A DNA stretch of 64,000 bases from Malacoraja senta (GCA_038087875.1 CM075998.1:6140001-6204000); one strand, 5' to 3'. Numbered from the stretch's first letter, positions 25,101 through 38,300 are shown. Notes: a model not told the origin generated them from the letters alone. Numbers and translations: made by a program.

Positions 25101-25614
25101 CTTGTTGTAGATTAGAGAGTTGTTCAAGAAGGAACTGCAGATGCTGGAGAATCGAAGGTAGACAAAATTGCTGGAGAAACTCAGCGGGTGAGGCAGCATC
25201 TATGGAGCGAAGGAAATGGGCAACGTTTCGGGCCGAGACCCTTCTTCAGACGCAGACCTTGCTGCCGCACCCATTGAGTTTCTCCAGCAATTTTGTCTAC
25301 CTTGTAGATTAGAGATGCAGCTTGGAAACAGGCCCTTCGGCCCACCGAGTCCATGCTGAACATCAATTACCTGTTCACACTATTTTGTGCTTGCTATCCC
25401 CACGTTCCTACTCGCTATGCACTCAGACACTTTACAGAGGCCAATTCACCACAAATCCACAAACCTGTGCCTGCTTTGGGTAGTTTAAGTTTAATTTTGC
25501 CCCAAGTTCCTCAAACTCTCTCAGCAGGGTCTTATTCAGCATGCACCCTGTAGGTCCCATGTTACCTGTGTCCACTAGACACTTTTCACACCCCCACCTC
25601 CCATTCCAAGTTTG

Positions 25615-25880
25615 GAGATACAGCGTGGAAACAGGCCCTTCGGCCCACCGAGTCCGTGCCGACCAGCGATCCCCGCACACTGACACTATCCTACACACAC
25701 TAGGGACAATTTACACTTGTACCAAGACAATTAACCTACAAACCTTGGAGTGTGGGAGGAAACCCACGCAGGTTACGGGGAGAACGTGCAAACTCCGTAC
25801 AGACAGCGCCCGTAGTCGGGATGGAACCCGGGTCTCTGGCGCTGTGAGGCAGCAACTCCACCGCTGCTCCACTGTGGGCA
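25615..25880 (-). mobile_element. tRNA-derived SINE
   Basis: Same family as 9420-9700. Confidence 0.85.
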
Positions 25881-26534
25881 CCATTCTACATCTAAACCAT
25901 AATACTTCCACATCTTGAGAAGGCATCATTAACCCAGGCATGGGACGTGGGGCTTGAGTACTGGCTGCAGAGAACAGTGTCGATTCACTATCGTATGAGA
26001 AAGTTGGCTGATATCTTTCTCCGTCAGAGTTGTGGTTGGACCTTCCAACACATAAGGCACTTTGATGGCTGTGAAGAGGTCTGGGATTTCCTGAGTGTGA
26101 ATTGAGGCGCAGACCCGTGTCGAGTAGCCTCGGGCCCAGCCGCTGGAGAGCCGCTGGGGATTATCCTTGTTGCTGCCGGGTCCCGAGGGTGGGTCGGGGG
26201 GTCGTCTCTCAGGCAGTGGGCAGCGGGCACTGGGAAGGAAGGAGGCAGAGTTTCATATGGAAACGCAGGGCTCTGGAGGCGCCACAAACGGTACCAGCGG
26301 CGTCGGAGGCACGAGAGCTGATGTGGTTCATGGGGCTGTGTGAAAGGCTTTGCATTTTGTTCGGCCTGCCCAACAAGAGACTGGAGGAACTCAGCCGCTG
26401 CCTGCCTTGTCATGTGTGGACAATGGCTTATCGTTCCAGTCACAGGCTTTTCATCAGCAGCTCCCCGTCAACAGGCACTGAAACTGCCAGGGCGTCCTCG
26501 AATCCTGCCTTGCCAGCTTAAAGTCCTCACCTGG

Positions 26535-26937
26535 TAGACAAAAGTGCTGGAGAAACTCAGCAGGTGCAGCAGCATCTATGGAGCGAAGGAAATAGGCAAC
26601 GTTTCGGGACGAAACCCGGAAGGGTTTCGTTCCGAAACGTTGGCCTATTTCCTTCGGCCCGAAATGTTGCCTATTTCCTTCGGCCCGAAACGTTGCCTAT
26701 TTCCTTCGGCCTGAAACGTTGCCTATTTCCTTCGGCCCGAAACGTTGCCTATTTCCTTCGTCCCGAAACGTTGCCTATTTCCTTCGGCCCGAAACGTTGC
26801 CTATTTCTTCGTCCCGAAACGTTGCCTATTTCCTTCGGCCCGAAACGTTGCCTATTTCCTTCGCTCCATAGATGCTGCTGCACCCGCTGGGTTTCTCCAG
26901 CACTTTTCGATTTTCCAGCATCTGCAGTTCCTTCTTA
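26535..26937. repeat. Fold-back Penelope mini-element with internal 26-bp tandem array (~9 units)
   Basis: Unit ttcggcccgaaacgttgcctatttcc between inverted ggagaaactcagc...gcagcatctatggagcgaagg arms. Confidence 0.9.
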
Positions 26938-27394
26938 AACACAAGTCCTCACCCCCGTGGGTGAGCTCCTGCAACTGAGGGCCTGGTGCTTCCTTTCACA
27001 AAGTCACGCCAATGGATCATCTGTGGTGTCGGAAGCTGACGGGGTTCTGCATCAGGGCGAGCGGAGCAGGGCGGCCGTTTGTTGCTGCTCGATTGTGCCG
27101 ACTTCCCAATTAACCTCATCCTGTTCCAAAAAGACCTTTTAAAAAAGACGAAGGTGTTTGTTTGGGACCAGACAGCCGTGTTTCTGTTTGTGGGCAAGAC
27201 CAGCCAGCAGAGATACGAGGCAGTCACAATTAAACCCAAATAGTCTAGAACACAGAAGCTGTTTGTGGTGATGCCACCATCGTAGATAGTGGTGGGTGGA
27301 GAACTGGAGATATGATCAATAAAGTGCAATTTTGAAATAAAACTAAACATTGAGGGATTTGCTGGCGGTGAGATGGCTTAAGATGGCAGAAGGT

Positions 27395-27592
27395 TTGTGT
27401 GTGTGTGTCTCTCTCTCTCTCTCTCTCTCCCCCCCTCTCCCTCTCCATCTTCCTCTCTCTCTCTCTCTCTCTCTCTCCCTATCCCTCTCCCTCTCTCCCT
27501 CTTCCTGTATATTTCCCTGTCTCTCCCTGTCTCTCGCCCTCTCCCTGTCTCTCTCTCCCTCCCTCTCTCTCTCTCTCCCTCCCTCTCCACCA

Positions 27593-27632
<40 letters not shown>

Positions 27633-28005
27633 CCTCTCCCTCTCCATCTTCCTCTCTCCCTCTCCCTATCCCTCTCCCTCTCCCTCTCTCCCTGTATATT
27701 TCCCTCTCTCCCTCTCTCTCGCCCTCTCTCTCCATCTCTCTCCCTCTCTCTCTCCCTCTCCCTGTCTCTCTCTCCCTCTCTCTCCATCTCTCTCCCTCTC
27801 TCTCTCTCCCTCTCCGTCTCTCTCTCCCTCTCTCTCTCTCCCTGTCTCTCTCTCCCTCTCTCTCCCTCGCCCTCTCTCTCTCTCCCTCTCTCTCCATCTC
27901 TCTCCCTCTCTCTCTCCCTCTCCCTCTCTCTCTCTCCCTGTCTACCTCTCCCTCTCTCTCCGTCTCTTTCCCTCTCTCTCCATCTCTCTCTGTCTCTCTG
28001 TCTCT
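27395..28005. repeat. (CT)n-rich polypyrimidine microsatellite
   Basis: ~600 bp of almost pure C/T with higher-order substructure. Confidence 0.95.
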
Positions 28006-29408
28006 CGGCATGATGTTTTGCAATGGCTGAGTGTTAGTGCAATAATGCTGCTGCCCTCATGTTACAAAGACAACACTAGCTGTTCATAACAACTTTGAGG
28101 TGGAAGGGGGGTTGGGGGTGTCAGTTGCTCTATTCAGCTTCAGACCTGACCTGACCCACACAACATTTGCATGGATCTTACCTCCAGATCTCTTCGTGTA
28201 TTGGCCCATTGAAGGACCATCAGTGTCGGCCTTGAAAGCTTTAACTGACCGCTGCAACCAGTCCCCTCCTTCCCCACCTTCCCCCCAGAAATCCACTGCC
28301 TTCTGGGGCAGAGAATTACATTCACATTTCCATGCCGTCATCCATGAAAATGCTGCTTCCAGATTTCCCACTGTATAGGTCTGGCTCCCCTTTGAAGATG
28401 GCATCCCCTCTGCTGCATTGTCCAACCAGAAGAAATCGAGCAGAGGCGATTTAACATCATCCCTCAACTTCTCAATTCAAATGGAACAACGCTTATATGA
28501 TATGCTGTGGACAGCCTGCCAGCTCATGTGATACCTCATGTCATTAAAAACAAAAATAAAATCAGACAATGCCGGGAATGTTGAGCGAAGCATCTGATGG
28601 TAACGTCAGAGAGGTTGTGGTCACAAATGGTAGCATCTGAGGAAAGAGAAACACAGTTAACGTCTCGGGTCTGAGAGCCTTTGCAAGGGCAAGAGCCTCT
28701 TCAAGGCTGGTATTCCCAAGGAGAAGTTGCGATCTTTTCCCTTTTTGTTGTCCGTGGACTAATTGTCAGTATTTACTGCCTGTCCATATTTGCCACTTGA
28801 CTGGAAGACTTCAGAGGGGAGTGAAGGGGTGATTGGATGCTTGTACAGATGACTGAGCACCTGAGTGGGGTTTCTCCCTTGGTGGGCAGGTCATGGGCCA
28901 TCGAGTTTAATTCTTCTTCTTTATGTTGCGGTGTGTTACCACTGTTTGCTGGGCCATTTCAGAAAGCAGTTTAACCATCCTGCTGGGGGCCTGGAGTCAG
29001 AGAGATGGGCCAGACTGAGTAAGGAGAGCAGACTTCCTTCCCTGAAGGACGTTAGTGAACCAAGGGGTTTCCATTGCAATCTGACGGATTCATTGCCACC
29101 AATTACTGAGATGAATGGGCCTTTTAGTTAATTATATGTTTCCTGAGCAGCAGGAGTGGGAATTTACAAATGACTTTGGCTCAAGAGTCCATGCCACGGA
29201 TGCTACCCCAGTTTCAAGATCTGTGGTACTGTTCTCTGCCCTATGTTGAGAAGGTGTTTCTATCACTGCAATGCAATTGGCTTTGGGAAATGTTTGCGCA
29301 ACAAGCAGAATGCTTCGTTGTCATGAATCTTGAAACCACATAAATATCACAACTGTGAGCACGAGTAGATCAGAGACTGGCCATCCGGCAGTGAGGATGG
29401 AAAGGTCA

Positions 29409-29922
29409 CACAGTGCTGGAGTAACTCAGCGGGTCAGGCAGCATCTGTGGAGCGAAGGAAATGGGCAACCTTTCGGGCCGAAACCCTGAAGGAAATAGGC
29501 AACGTTTCGGGCCGAAACCCGGAAGGGTTTCGGGCCGAAACGTTGCCTATTTCCTTCGCTCCATAGATGCTGCCGGAACATGGATAGGTGACGTTTCACA
29601 GAGTGCTGGAGTAACTCAGCGGGTCAGGCAGCATCTGTGGAGAACATGGATAGGTGACGTTTCACAGAGTGCTGGAGTAACTCAGCGGGTCAGGCAGCAT
29701 CTGTGGAGAACATGGATAGGTAACGTTTCACAGAGTGCTGGAGTAACTCAGCGGGTCAGGCAGCATCTGTGGAGAACATGGATAGGTGACGTTTCACAGA
29801 GTGCTGGAGTAACTCAGCGGGTCAGGCAGCATCTGTGGAGAACATGGATAGGTGGCGTTTCTGGTCGGATCTGATGAAGGGTCAGATATCCATGTCACCC
29901 TATCCATGTTCTCCAGAGATGT
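29409..29922 (-). repeat. 66-bp Penelope-derived array, copy 2 (~5 units, same nested module)
   Basis: Same unit and module as 11185-12016; fold-back end with ctgatgaagggtc. Confidence 0.9.
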
Positions 29923-30007
29923 TGAGCACATCCGTGTGCCCTGATCAGGTAAGTTTCTATTCCCAATCTTCCCCCCAAATCATTTTTAGTTCAGTTTATA
30001 TATAATT

Positions 30008-30290
30008 CAGAGATACAGCGCAGAAACAGGCCCTTCGGCCCACCGAGTCCATGCCAACCAGCGATCCCCATACACTAACACTATCCTACACACTATGGTC
30101 AATTTACAATTTTACCAAGCTAATTAACCTACAAACCTGTACGTCTTTGGAGTGTGGGAGGAAACCGGAGCACCCGGAGAAAACCCACGCAATCACAGGG
30201 AGAACGTACAAACTCCATACAGACAGCACCCGTAGTCAGGATCGAACCGGGTCTCTGGCGCTGTGAGGCAGCAACTCTACCGCTGCGCTG
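30008..30290 (-). mobile_element. tRNA-derived SINE
   Basis: Same family consensus as the other SINE copies. Confidence 0.85.
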
Positions 30291-30994
30291 TATTACGGGG
30301 CTGGAAGTGATGAAAGAGATGTGGAGGAAAAAGCGTGGTAGGATGTGAAAACTGGAGTCATTGGGCGTGCAGGAGGATCTCGTAACAGACCAGGTAGTTG
30401 TCCCATCGGTCTTGGCAGCAGTCGGGTGGTGCAGCATAGACTGAGCATGGAACCTGAAATAATCCCATCAGATCTCACTAGAAATCGCCAACAGGTCAGG
30501 CAGCATCTGCAGGGAAGGAAACTGTTAATGTTTCAGGTCAATGACCCTTCTCAGAACCAGGAAAGGGCAAGATCGGTGATTGGTTGACCAGCTGCAGAGA
30601 AGGAGGGGGAGGGGAGCAAAGTAATGGGAAGCAAACAGCAAAAACAAACTGCTGATCCTGGAGATCAGAATTGTAAACAGGAAAAGCTGGGGATAGTCAG
30701 CATTCAGGCCACATTTGTGGAGAGAGAAACAGAAGGTCGATAACTCGTCAAACACGCTTGACATTGTAGAGAATGGGGAGGGATGCAGAGAACAAGGGGC
30801 AGGTTTACAATTGGATGTTTGCAATGAATGAACAACACAAGGGGTGGTGATGTGATGTCTGAAGGAAGTTTAAAGAGAATGAGATGAATGTGAGAGAGGA
30901 GAGAGGGGAGGAAAATCACTGATACAAAGCACTAGTTGCACTAAATCTGAAATAGCCAGCAGGCCAGGCAGCAGCTATGGAAAGACAAATAAAG

Positions 30995-31435
30995 GGCACA
31001 CTGGCGCAGCGGTAGAGTTGCTGCCTCACAGCGGCAGAGAACCAGGTTCAATCCTGACTACAGGGTGCTGTCTGTACGGAGTTTGTACGTTCTCCCGTGA
31101 CCTGCGTGGGTCCATTGCAATCTGACAGATTCATTGTCACCAATTACTGAGATGAATGGGCCTTTTAGTTAATTATATGTTTCCTGAGCAGCAGGAGTGG
31201 GAATTTACAAATGACGTTGGCTCAAGAGTCCATGCCACGGATGCTACCCCAGTTTCAAGATCATGGTACTGTTCTCTCTGGGCGCTCCGGTTTCCTCCCA
31301 CACTCCAAAGACGTGCGGGTTTGTAGGTTAATTGGCTTCTGTAAATTGTGAATCGTCCTAGTGTGTGTAGGATAGTGTTAGTGTACTGGCCGTTTATGTG
31401 GGCTTGTTTCCACGCTGTATCTCCAAAGCCTAAAG
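30995..31435 (+). mobile_element. tRNA-derived SINE split by a templated insertion (31111-31277)
   Basis: SINE 5' half ends at cctgcgtggg and resumes at ctgggcgctccggtttcctccc. Confidence 0.85.
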
Positions 31436-31454
31436 AACAATCCAATGCTATCGT

Positions 31455-32110
31455 TTAAGAAGGAACTGCAGATGCTGGAAACATCGAAGGGGGACAAAAA
31501 TGCTGGAGAAACTCAGCGGGTGCGGCAGCAACTATGGAGAGAAGGAAACAGGCAACGTTTCGGGTCGAGGCCCTTCTTCAGACTGATGCTGTGGGTTATC
31601 AGAATCGGAAGTGAACTTGAACTCGTATCAGTGTTTAAGAAGGGACTGCAGATGCTGGAAAATCGAAGGTAGACAAAAGTGCTGGAGAAACTCAGCGGGT
31701 GCAGCAGCATCTATGGAGCGAAGGAAATAGGCAACGTTTCGGGCCGAAACCCTTCAGGGTTTCGGCCCGAAACGTTGCCTATTTCCTTCGGCCAGAAACG
31801 TTGCCTATTTCCTTCGGCCAGAAACGTTGCCTATTTCCTTCGGCCCGAAACGTTGCCTATTTCCTTTGGCCAGAAACGTTGCCTATTTCCTTCGGCCCAG
31901 AAACGTTGCCTATTTCCTTCGGCCCGAAACGTTGCCTATTTCCTTCGGCCAGAAACGTTGCCTATTTCCTTCGGCCCGAAACGTTGCCTATTTCCTTCGG
32001 CCAGAAACGTTGCCTATTTCCTTCTGGGTTTCGACCCGAAACGTTGCCTATTTCCTTCTCCCCATAGATGCTGCTGCACCCGCTGAGTTTCTCCAGCACT
32101 TTTGTCTACC
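31455..32110. repeat. Penelope termini with fold-back element and 26-bp tandem array (~10 units)
   Basis: (ttcggcc[c/a]gaaacgttgcctatttcc)n at about 31761-32021 between inverted arms. Confidence 0.9.
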
Positions 32111-33114
32111 TTTGAACTTGTATCAGAACTGGGCGGACAGGAGGGATCACGTGGGAAAAGGCGTGACGGTGAAAGAGAGTGGGAATGATTCGCGGGAATA
32201 TAAAGAGACATGGATTGGGAGGATTTGTCAATGGAGCAGCAGACTCATGCTCTCAATGAGTTGAACTCTCCGTCGCATCTGGAAGTTGAATCATTGAGGT
32301 GCTGTGTTCTCGAGCATGCATTGGACTTTCATTGGGGCTTGGCATAAACTGCTGTCCATGCCGTCAAGGTCCAGATAATCTGTGTAGCAAAACGGACCTG
32401 AGCTCATCCACAGGCGTGTAAACTGACACCAAGTCCTGTATTTTGCAAATGACTGAACCAGGGCTTTTCCTCTTTTCTTTGAGAAGTCCAAAATAGTTTT
32501 GTCGATCTTTAATAGATTTGTTCATGATTCCTGCCCTTTGTGTGGTGGGGGGGAAATGCACAGGAAGCCTGCACTTAGGAGAGAGCTGATACGTATGAAA
32601 TATTTCTTGAAACTGTATTTTGATTGAAATCTCTAACCTCATCCTCTTCAGGGGTTTGGGGATGACAGCAGCAGGGACCACAGGAAATCTTGTCGGTCTC
32701 CAGGAGCAGCAGTCCAGGGCACGAGGCATTTAATTTGGTCATCATCTGAGCCACATCCACTGGCGACAAACCTCCAGGCCCATGAATTGAAATTTGACAA
32801 CTGCTTTGTATGGTCACGGGGCCACTTCTTTCTCCTGTGTAGTCCAACAACAACTGTGTAGCTCAGTGTGCCAAAAGTCGACGTCTTCACCCTTGAGGCA
32901 GCCGCCCCTCCCCCCTGACCCCACTCTGATCCCTATCACTGGCTGACGGGCCAGGAGAGGCCAATCCCCGGCATCATTGGTAACGTCTGGGTGTCGGAGG
33001 TTACGGGGAGAAGGGGGGAGAGATAGATCAGCCATGATTGAATGGCGGGGTAGACTCGATGGGCTGAATGGCCTAATTCTGCTCCTATCATTTATGATCT
33101 GATGAATATTGTAT

Positions 33115-33330
33115 GAAGGAACCGCAGATGCTGGTTTAAACTGAAGATAGACACAAAAAGCTGGAGTAACTCAGCGGGACAGGCAGCATCTCTGGAGAAA
33201 AATAATAGGTGATGTTTTGGGTCGAGGCCCGTCTTCAGACTGAAGAAGGGTCTTGACCCGAAACGTCACCCATTCCTTCTCTCCAGAGATGCTGCCTGTC
33301 CCACTGAGTTACTCCAGCGTTGTGTCTATC
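33115..33330. mobile_element. Fold-back Penelope mini-element
   Basis: Inverted arms centred on cttcag-a-ctgaag at about 33233-33245. Confidence 0.85.
33240..33270 (+). ncRNA. Minimal hammerhead ribozyme motif (Penelope type)
   Basis: CTGAAGA-A-GGGTC tt GACCC-GAAA-CGTC. Confidence 0.6.
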
Positions 33331-33537
33331 TCCAATTGGTTTGGCCACCTGAACCTTGTCAGCTACTCCCTATAAAACCCAGGTATTCTAATCAGAGGGG
33401 AGATGGTGAGGGAAGAAGCAGACTGAGCATGAAAGAAGCAGAAGAGATTTTAAAAAAGGAGGAAAGGAGAGAGTAAAAGGGAGAGAGAATGGGGGCACCT
33501 CCCTGCTAGCTATGGTCCACTGTCGCAGGTTGGAGGA

Positions 33538-33840
33538 AGACTGAGCCTCTGGGACAAACCCAGACCACCAGCGTCATCGTGTGGTCAAGACTGAGCTGCC
33601 AGGACCAAGCCCCAGACAGCCAGCGCCTCCACTGAGGTTAAGACTGAGTGGCCAGGGCAACCCTGGATAATCCAGAGACTGCAAGCCCCAAAGACTGAGC
33701 CGCCAGGATAAGCCTGAGACCGCCAGCGCCTCCTCTTGAGGTGAGGGTGAACTGCAGGGAGCAGCCTGAGATCACCACACTTCCTCCTTCAAGACCAGGA
33801 CTGAGCTGCCGGGACAAGCCCAAGATCGCCAGCTCCTCAC
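33538..33840. repeat. Degenerate ~50-bp tandem repeat
   Basis: Recurring gactgagc(t)gcc(a)ggac(a)aagccc..gac..ccagcg. Confidence 0.7.
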
Positions 33841-35347
33841 CACACATGCACCGTGACGGTGAGGGACAGCGCCCCCATGTGGCCCTGGACTTTCTTACCG
33901 CTGCATCACGTGAGTCCACCCGACTGTGAGTGTGGGGGTGGGGCACTGCGCAACCCAGCGTTGTCCTCGACGCCACAACCTGTATGGGAACTGATAAGTC
34001 CGATTGATGGTCTAAGCAACTGGGAGTTTTGGGACTGAACCTGATGAAAGAGTGTGGTGAGCGGTGCGTTCTGTGTGGTGATGTTCACTTTGTTTTTCCC
34101 AACACCACCAACCTTCACCTGAAATTACCAAAGATGTTTTCTCATGTATAATTTTAAAACCCATTCTGACCCATTCAAGCCTGCATTTTTGCCATGCTTA
34201 ACCCAAACCTGCCATCTGACTGGGTCCACTCGAAGCAGCTCTCTCCTGTGCCACCATGCCCTTACCCACTGTGGTTTTGTCCATGGCTTGAAATGGAAGA
34301 ACGGCTTTTTTTAAAAACATATGGAGGTTGCCTTGGTAGACAAAAATGCTGGAGTAACTCAGCGGGTGAGGCAGCATCTATGGAGCGAAGGAATCGGCGA
34401 CGTTTCGGGTCGAGACCCTTCTTCAGACTGGTTTCAGGGGGGGGAAGTAGAAAGGAAGAGGCGGAGACAGTGGGCTGTGGGAGAGCTGGGAAGGGGAGGG
34501 GAAGGAGGGAGAAAGCAGGGACTACCTGAAATTGGAGAAGTCACGCGGATTGGTCAATGCCTGGCACAAGGGTGCCAGTCGTGCCACCCACTTCCACTTG
34601 AAGGTTGTGGCTTGGGCTCTGCTCCAGGCTTGAGCCTCCTGCCCTGAGCAGGCACCCGCGCTGCCCACCCACCCAGTGAAAGGCCTGTCTGACGACGTTC
34701 ATGGACAAGCCATTGTTGTGGTTGACGTCGCTGAGCTGCAATGTTCTGCATTGGTGCCTACGCTGCCTTTCCCCTGCTGGAAACTGCTCAGTTGCAGCTC
34801 TTGTTTCCAGCACAACCCGTTCTGCATCCCCCCCTCCCCCCCCCCCCCCCACTGTGTGTGGAAACACTCCCAACCCAACTGACATTTGGAGTTTCGACGA
34901 GAGCTCCCCAAAGTATCACAAGAGCATTAGCTCAGCAGGCATTTGCTTGACATTTGGTCAAATAGCTTTCCGCCTTACTTTGTGCTGCTCTTTCCCACCT
35001 CCGCATTGAACTTTCCCTCGAGAGGGTGACCAAGTTGTCCCAGTCAGTTCTGACAACAGACAAGTAATTTTTCTCATAAACTTATTTCACATCCAGCCCC
35101 CGTATTTTCACCGCCCCCTACACTTATCTCCATCAGCTGCCTGTCACATTACATTTCTGAGTAATATGCAGATATGCAGCCTCTTGCTCCCTTTGTGGGT
35201 TTCTCAGATGTTCTGACAAGACAGAAGGAGGCCATTCAGTCTATCACATCTATGCTGGCTCTTAGAGCAATATCACATTGTTGACATGACCAATAACACC
35301 CTGAGATTCATCTAACACCCAGCTAGGGGCGATTAACACACTGACCA

Positions 35348-35895
35348 CTGTTCCAGGTGTGGACTCCTCTACATCGGCGAGACCAAGCGCAGGCTCGGCG
35401 ATCGTTTCGCTAAACACCTCCGCTCAGTCTGCCTAAACCCACCTGATCTCCCGGTTGCTAAACACTTCAACTCCCCCTCCCATTCCCACACTGACCTTTC
35501 TGTCCTGGGGCCTCCTCCATTGTCAGAGTGAGTCCCAGCGCAAATTGGAGGAACAGCACCTCATATTTCACTTGGGCAGCTTACACCCCAGCGGTATGAA
35601 CATTGACTTCTGTAACTTCAAGTAGCCCTTGCTTTCCCTCTCTCTCCATCCCTCCCTCTTCCCAGTTCTCCCACCAGTCTGACTGTCCCCCTGATTAAAT
35701 GCTATCTCCGTTTGCTTCGTTGTTACCTTCCAGCTAACTGTGATCTATTCTACATTTTCCTTGAACCACATCTCCTTTGATCTCCTGTTTTCACACTTTA
35801 CCCTTCCTTACCTCTGTGTCTCCCTCTCCCCTGACTCTCAGTGTGAAGAAGGGTCTCGACCCGAAACGTCACCCATTCCTTCTCTCCAGAGATGC
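35348..35895 (+). mobile_element. Penelope-like element 3' end: GIY-YIG endonuclease plus terminal repeat
   Basis: CSRCGLLYIGETKRRLGDRFAKHLRSV...PVAKHFNSPSHSH...; followed by the terminus gtgaagaagggtctcgacccgaaacgtc, which links all the short termini to Penelope. Confidence 0.9.
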
Positions 35896-36089
35896 GGCCT
35901 ATCTCCACTGACCCACTTGTCGTTGGGATGTGGGAGGAAAAGAGAGCATCTGAGGGAAACCCACACGGTCACAGGGAGAACGTGCAGACTCTACACAGAC
36001 AGCAGCTGGAGGTCAAGACTGAATCTGGGTCGCTGGAGTTGTGTAAGGCAGCAGATGTCTCTTTTGATGTCCCTCACTTGGTGTAGTTA

Positions 36090-36340
36090 AAGGTGTAGCC
36101 ATGGGCCCCTGCTATGCCTACCTTTCTGTTGGTTACATCCAACAGTCCTTGCTCCAAATGCAAAATGGCAACATCTCCTGACTATCTCCTCGACATCGAC
36201 GACTGCATCAGGGCTGCCTCCTGCACCCATGCAGAAATCATTGATTTCATTAACTTCACCACTAACTTCCACCCTGCCTTCAAATTCACCTGGACTATGT
36301 CTGACACCTCTCTCCTCTTTCTTGATCTTTCTGTCTCCAT
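36090..36340 (+). mobile_element. Penelope-like RT fragment
   Basis: GVAMG...; YLLDIDDCI...FINFTTNFHPAFKFTW...LLFLDLSV (YIDD region of PLE RT). Confidence 0.8.
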
Positions 36341-36765
36341 CCACTATCTAAATGGCGTCAAGTTGGGAAAAGGGGACGTACAATGGGATCTGGGGGTCCT
36401 TGTTCATCAGTCTATGAAAGTAAGCATGCAGGTACAACAGGCAGTGAAGAAAACCAATGGCATGTTGGCCTTTATAACAAGATGAATCGAATTTTGGAGC
36501 AAAGAGGTCCTTCTGCAGTTGTACAGAGCCCTAGTGAGACCACACCTGGAGTATTGTGTACAGTTTTGGTCCCCTAATTTGAGGAAGGACATTCTTGCTA
36601 TTGAGGGAGTGCAGCGTAGGTTTACAAGGTTAATTCCCGGGATGGCGGGACTGTCATATGCTGAGAGAATGGAGCAGCTGGGCTTGTACACTCTGGAGTT
36701 TAGAAGGATGAGAGGGTATCTCATTGAAACATGTAAGATTGTTAAGGGTTTGGACACACTAGAGG
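36341..36765 (+). mobile_element. CR1 LINE RT fragment
   Basis: DLGVLVH, LYRALVRPHLEYCVQFWSP, IEGVQRRFTRLIPG. Confidence 0.9.
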
Positions 36766-37514
36766 CTGTGAGAGAACCCTTGGATGAGACCAGGAAGCAA
36801 GGTCCCGTCAGGAGTCTAGAGGTCGTGATGGTTACGATGTAAATGCAAGTCTGACTTTCTGAAGGAAATATCTTTTTCCGTAACTTGGCTGATTCCGCGA
36901 GGCAACTCTTGTCACTGCATCCACCTGCGCCCAGTGCCCGCTGGGCAGTAAGGTGTGGGGTGGGGGAGAGGCGATTTGTCAGGGTGGGCTTGGCTTCAGC
37001 CTGTAGTGGAGTTTGCCGAGCAGATGAGTGGCGATGCAAGCAGGACCTGTCGTGGGGCAGGAAGTGGGTTGCAAGTGCATGCAGCGAGACAGGTGAGACG
37101 AGCAGTAAGAGGAAGCCGCGACTGCAGCGTGACCCAGATAGCAGAGGAGTGAAGGTGCACACGTTGCACTCAGGCTGAGGTGCTGCTGCTGTGTACTGGT
37201 GAAAGGAGGAGAGCAAGTGGTGGAGTGACTGAGATGAGTCTGCAGGAAGCTGGGCAGGAGGAGTGCCCAGATTCTCACTTGGAGAGGGCGGAGTAGACTT
37301 GATGGGCCGAATGGCCCAATACTGCTCCTACAACTTATGAACATGAACTAATGAAGATGTTGGTGTGACCCATGCATCAGCTGGTGGGGTGAGAGGGATG
37401 CAGCTCATTTTTCCTGCTGGTGTAAGTGGTTTCACCAACTTGCCCATTGCCATCATACTGAATGAGGCGAGTTCATCAGTTCAAGCACCACATTAAGGCC
37501 CATCATGTCTACTC

Positions 37515-37828
37515 CACCATTCAACCATGGCTGATCTACCTCTCCCTCCCAACCCCATTCTCCTGCCTTCTCTCCATAACCCTGACACCCGTACTAATCA
37601 ACAATCTGTCAATCTCTGCGTTAAAAATATCCACTGACTTGGCCTCCACAGCCGTCTGTGGCAAAGAATTCCACAGATTCACCACCCTCTGACAAAAGAA
37701 ATTCCTCCTCATCTCCTTTCTAAAGGAACGTCCTTTAATTCTGAGGCTGTGACCTCTGGTCCTAGACTCTCCCACCAGTGGAAACATCCTCTCCACACCC
37801 ACTCCACCCAGGCCTTTCACTATTCGCA
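37515..37828 (-). mobile_element. CR1 LINE 3' fragment
   Basis: MFPLVGESRTRGHSLRIKG..RVVNLWNSLP. Confidence 0.85.
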
Positions 37829-38049
37829 ATCCGCATGCAAAGACCACGTGGCTAGAGGGGCAGTTGGCCAACTTCTGCTTGAAATTCACATGTTTCTCTT
37901 GCGATTCAGCAGGTATCTCCTGCTGTGCAACCCCTTGCCCATTCACTTTGCTTCTGGTGAGACCTGTGACTTTAGCCAGGCTAATTGGCTCAGAAGGGCA
38001 TGACAGCAGGGCAGGGCTGTCTCATCAGCCTATACCCACCCAACCTGGT

Positions 38050-38300
38050 GTCGAGATAGAGCATGGAAACAGGCCCTTTGGCCCACCGAGTCCACGCCGA
38101 CCACGTTCTGTGTTATCCCGCTGCCTACATATTGGGGGCAGTTTTACAGAGGGCCAATTAACGCAGAAACCTGCACGTCTTTAGGATGTGGGAGGGATCC
38201 GGAGCAACCGGGGGTAACCCACGCAGTCAGAGGGAGAACGTGCAAACTCCACACAAACAGACAGCACCCATAGTCGGGATGGAACCCGGGTCTCTGGCGC
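38050..38300 (-). mobile_element. tRNA-derived SINE
   Basis: Same family consensus as the other SINE copies. Confidence 0.75.

Noticed and set aside
27343..28089. Several >200-aa ORFs rich in ER or SL (also 49408-50028 and 61101-61966)
   Set aside because: Translations of (CT)n/(GA)n microsatellites
36407..37216. 269-aa minus-strand ORF
   Set aside because: Partly antisense to a CR1 RT fragment; no recognisable domain
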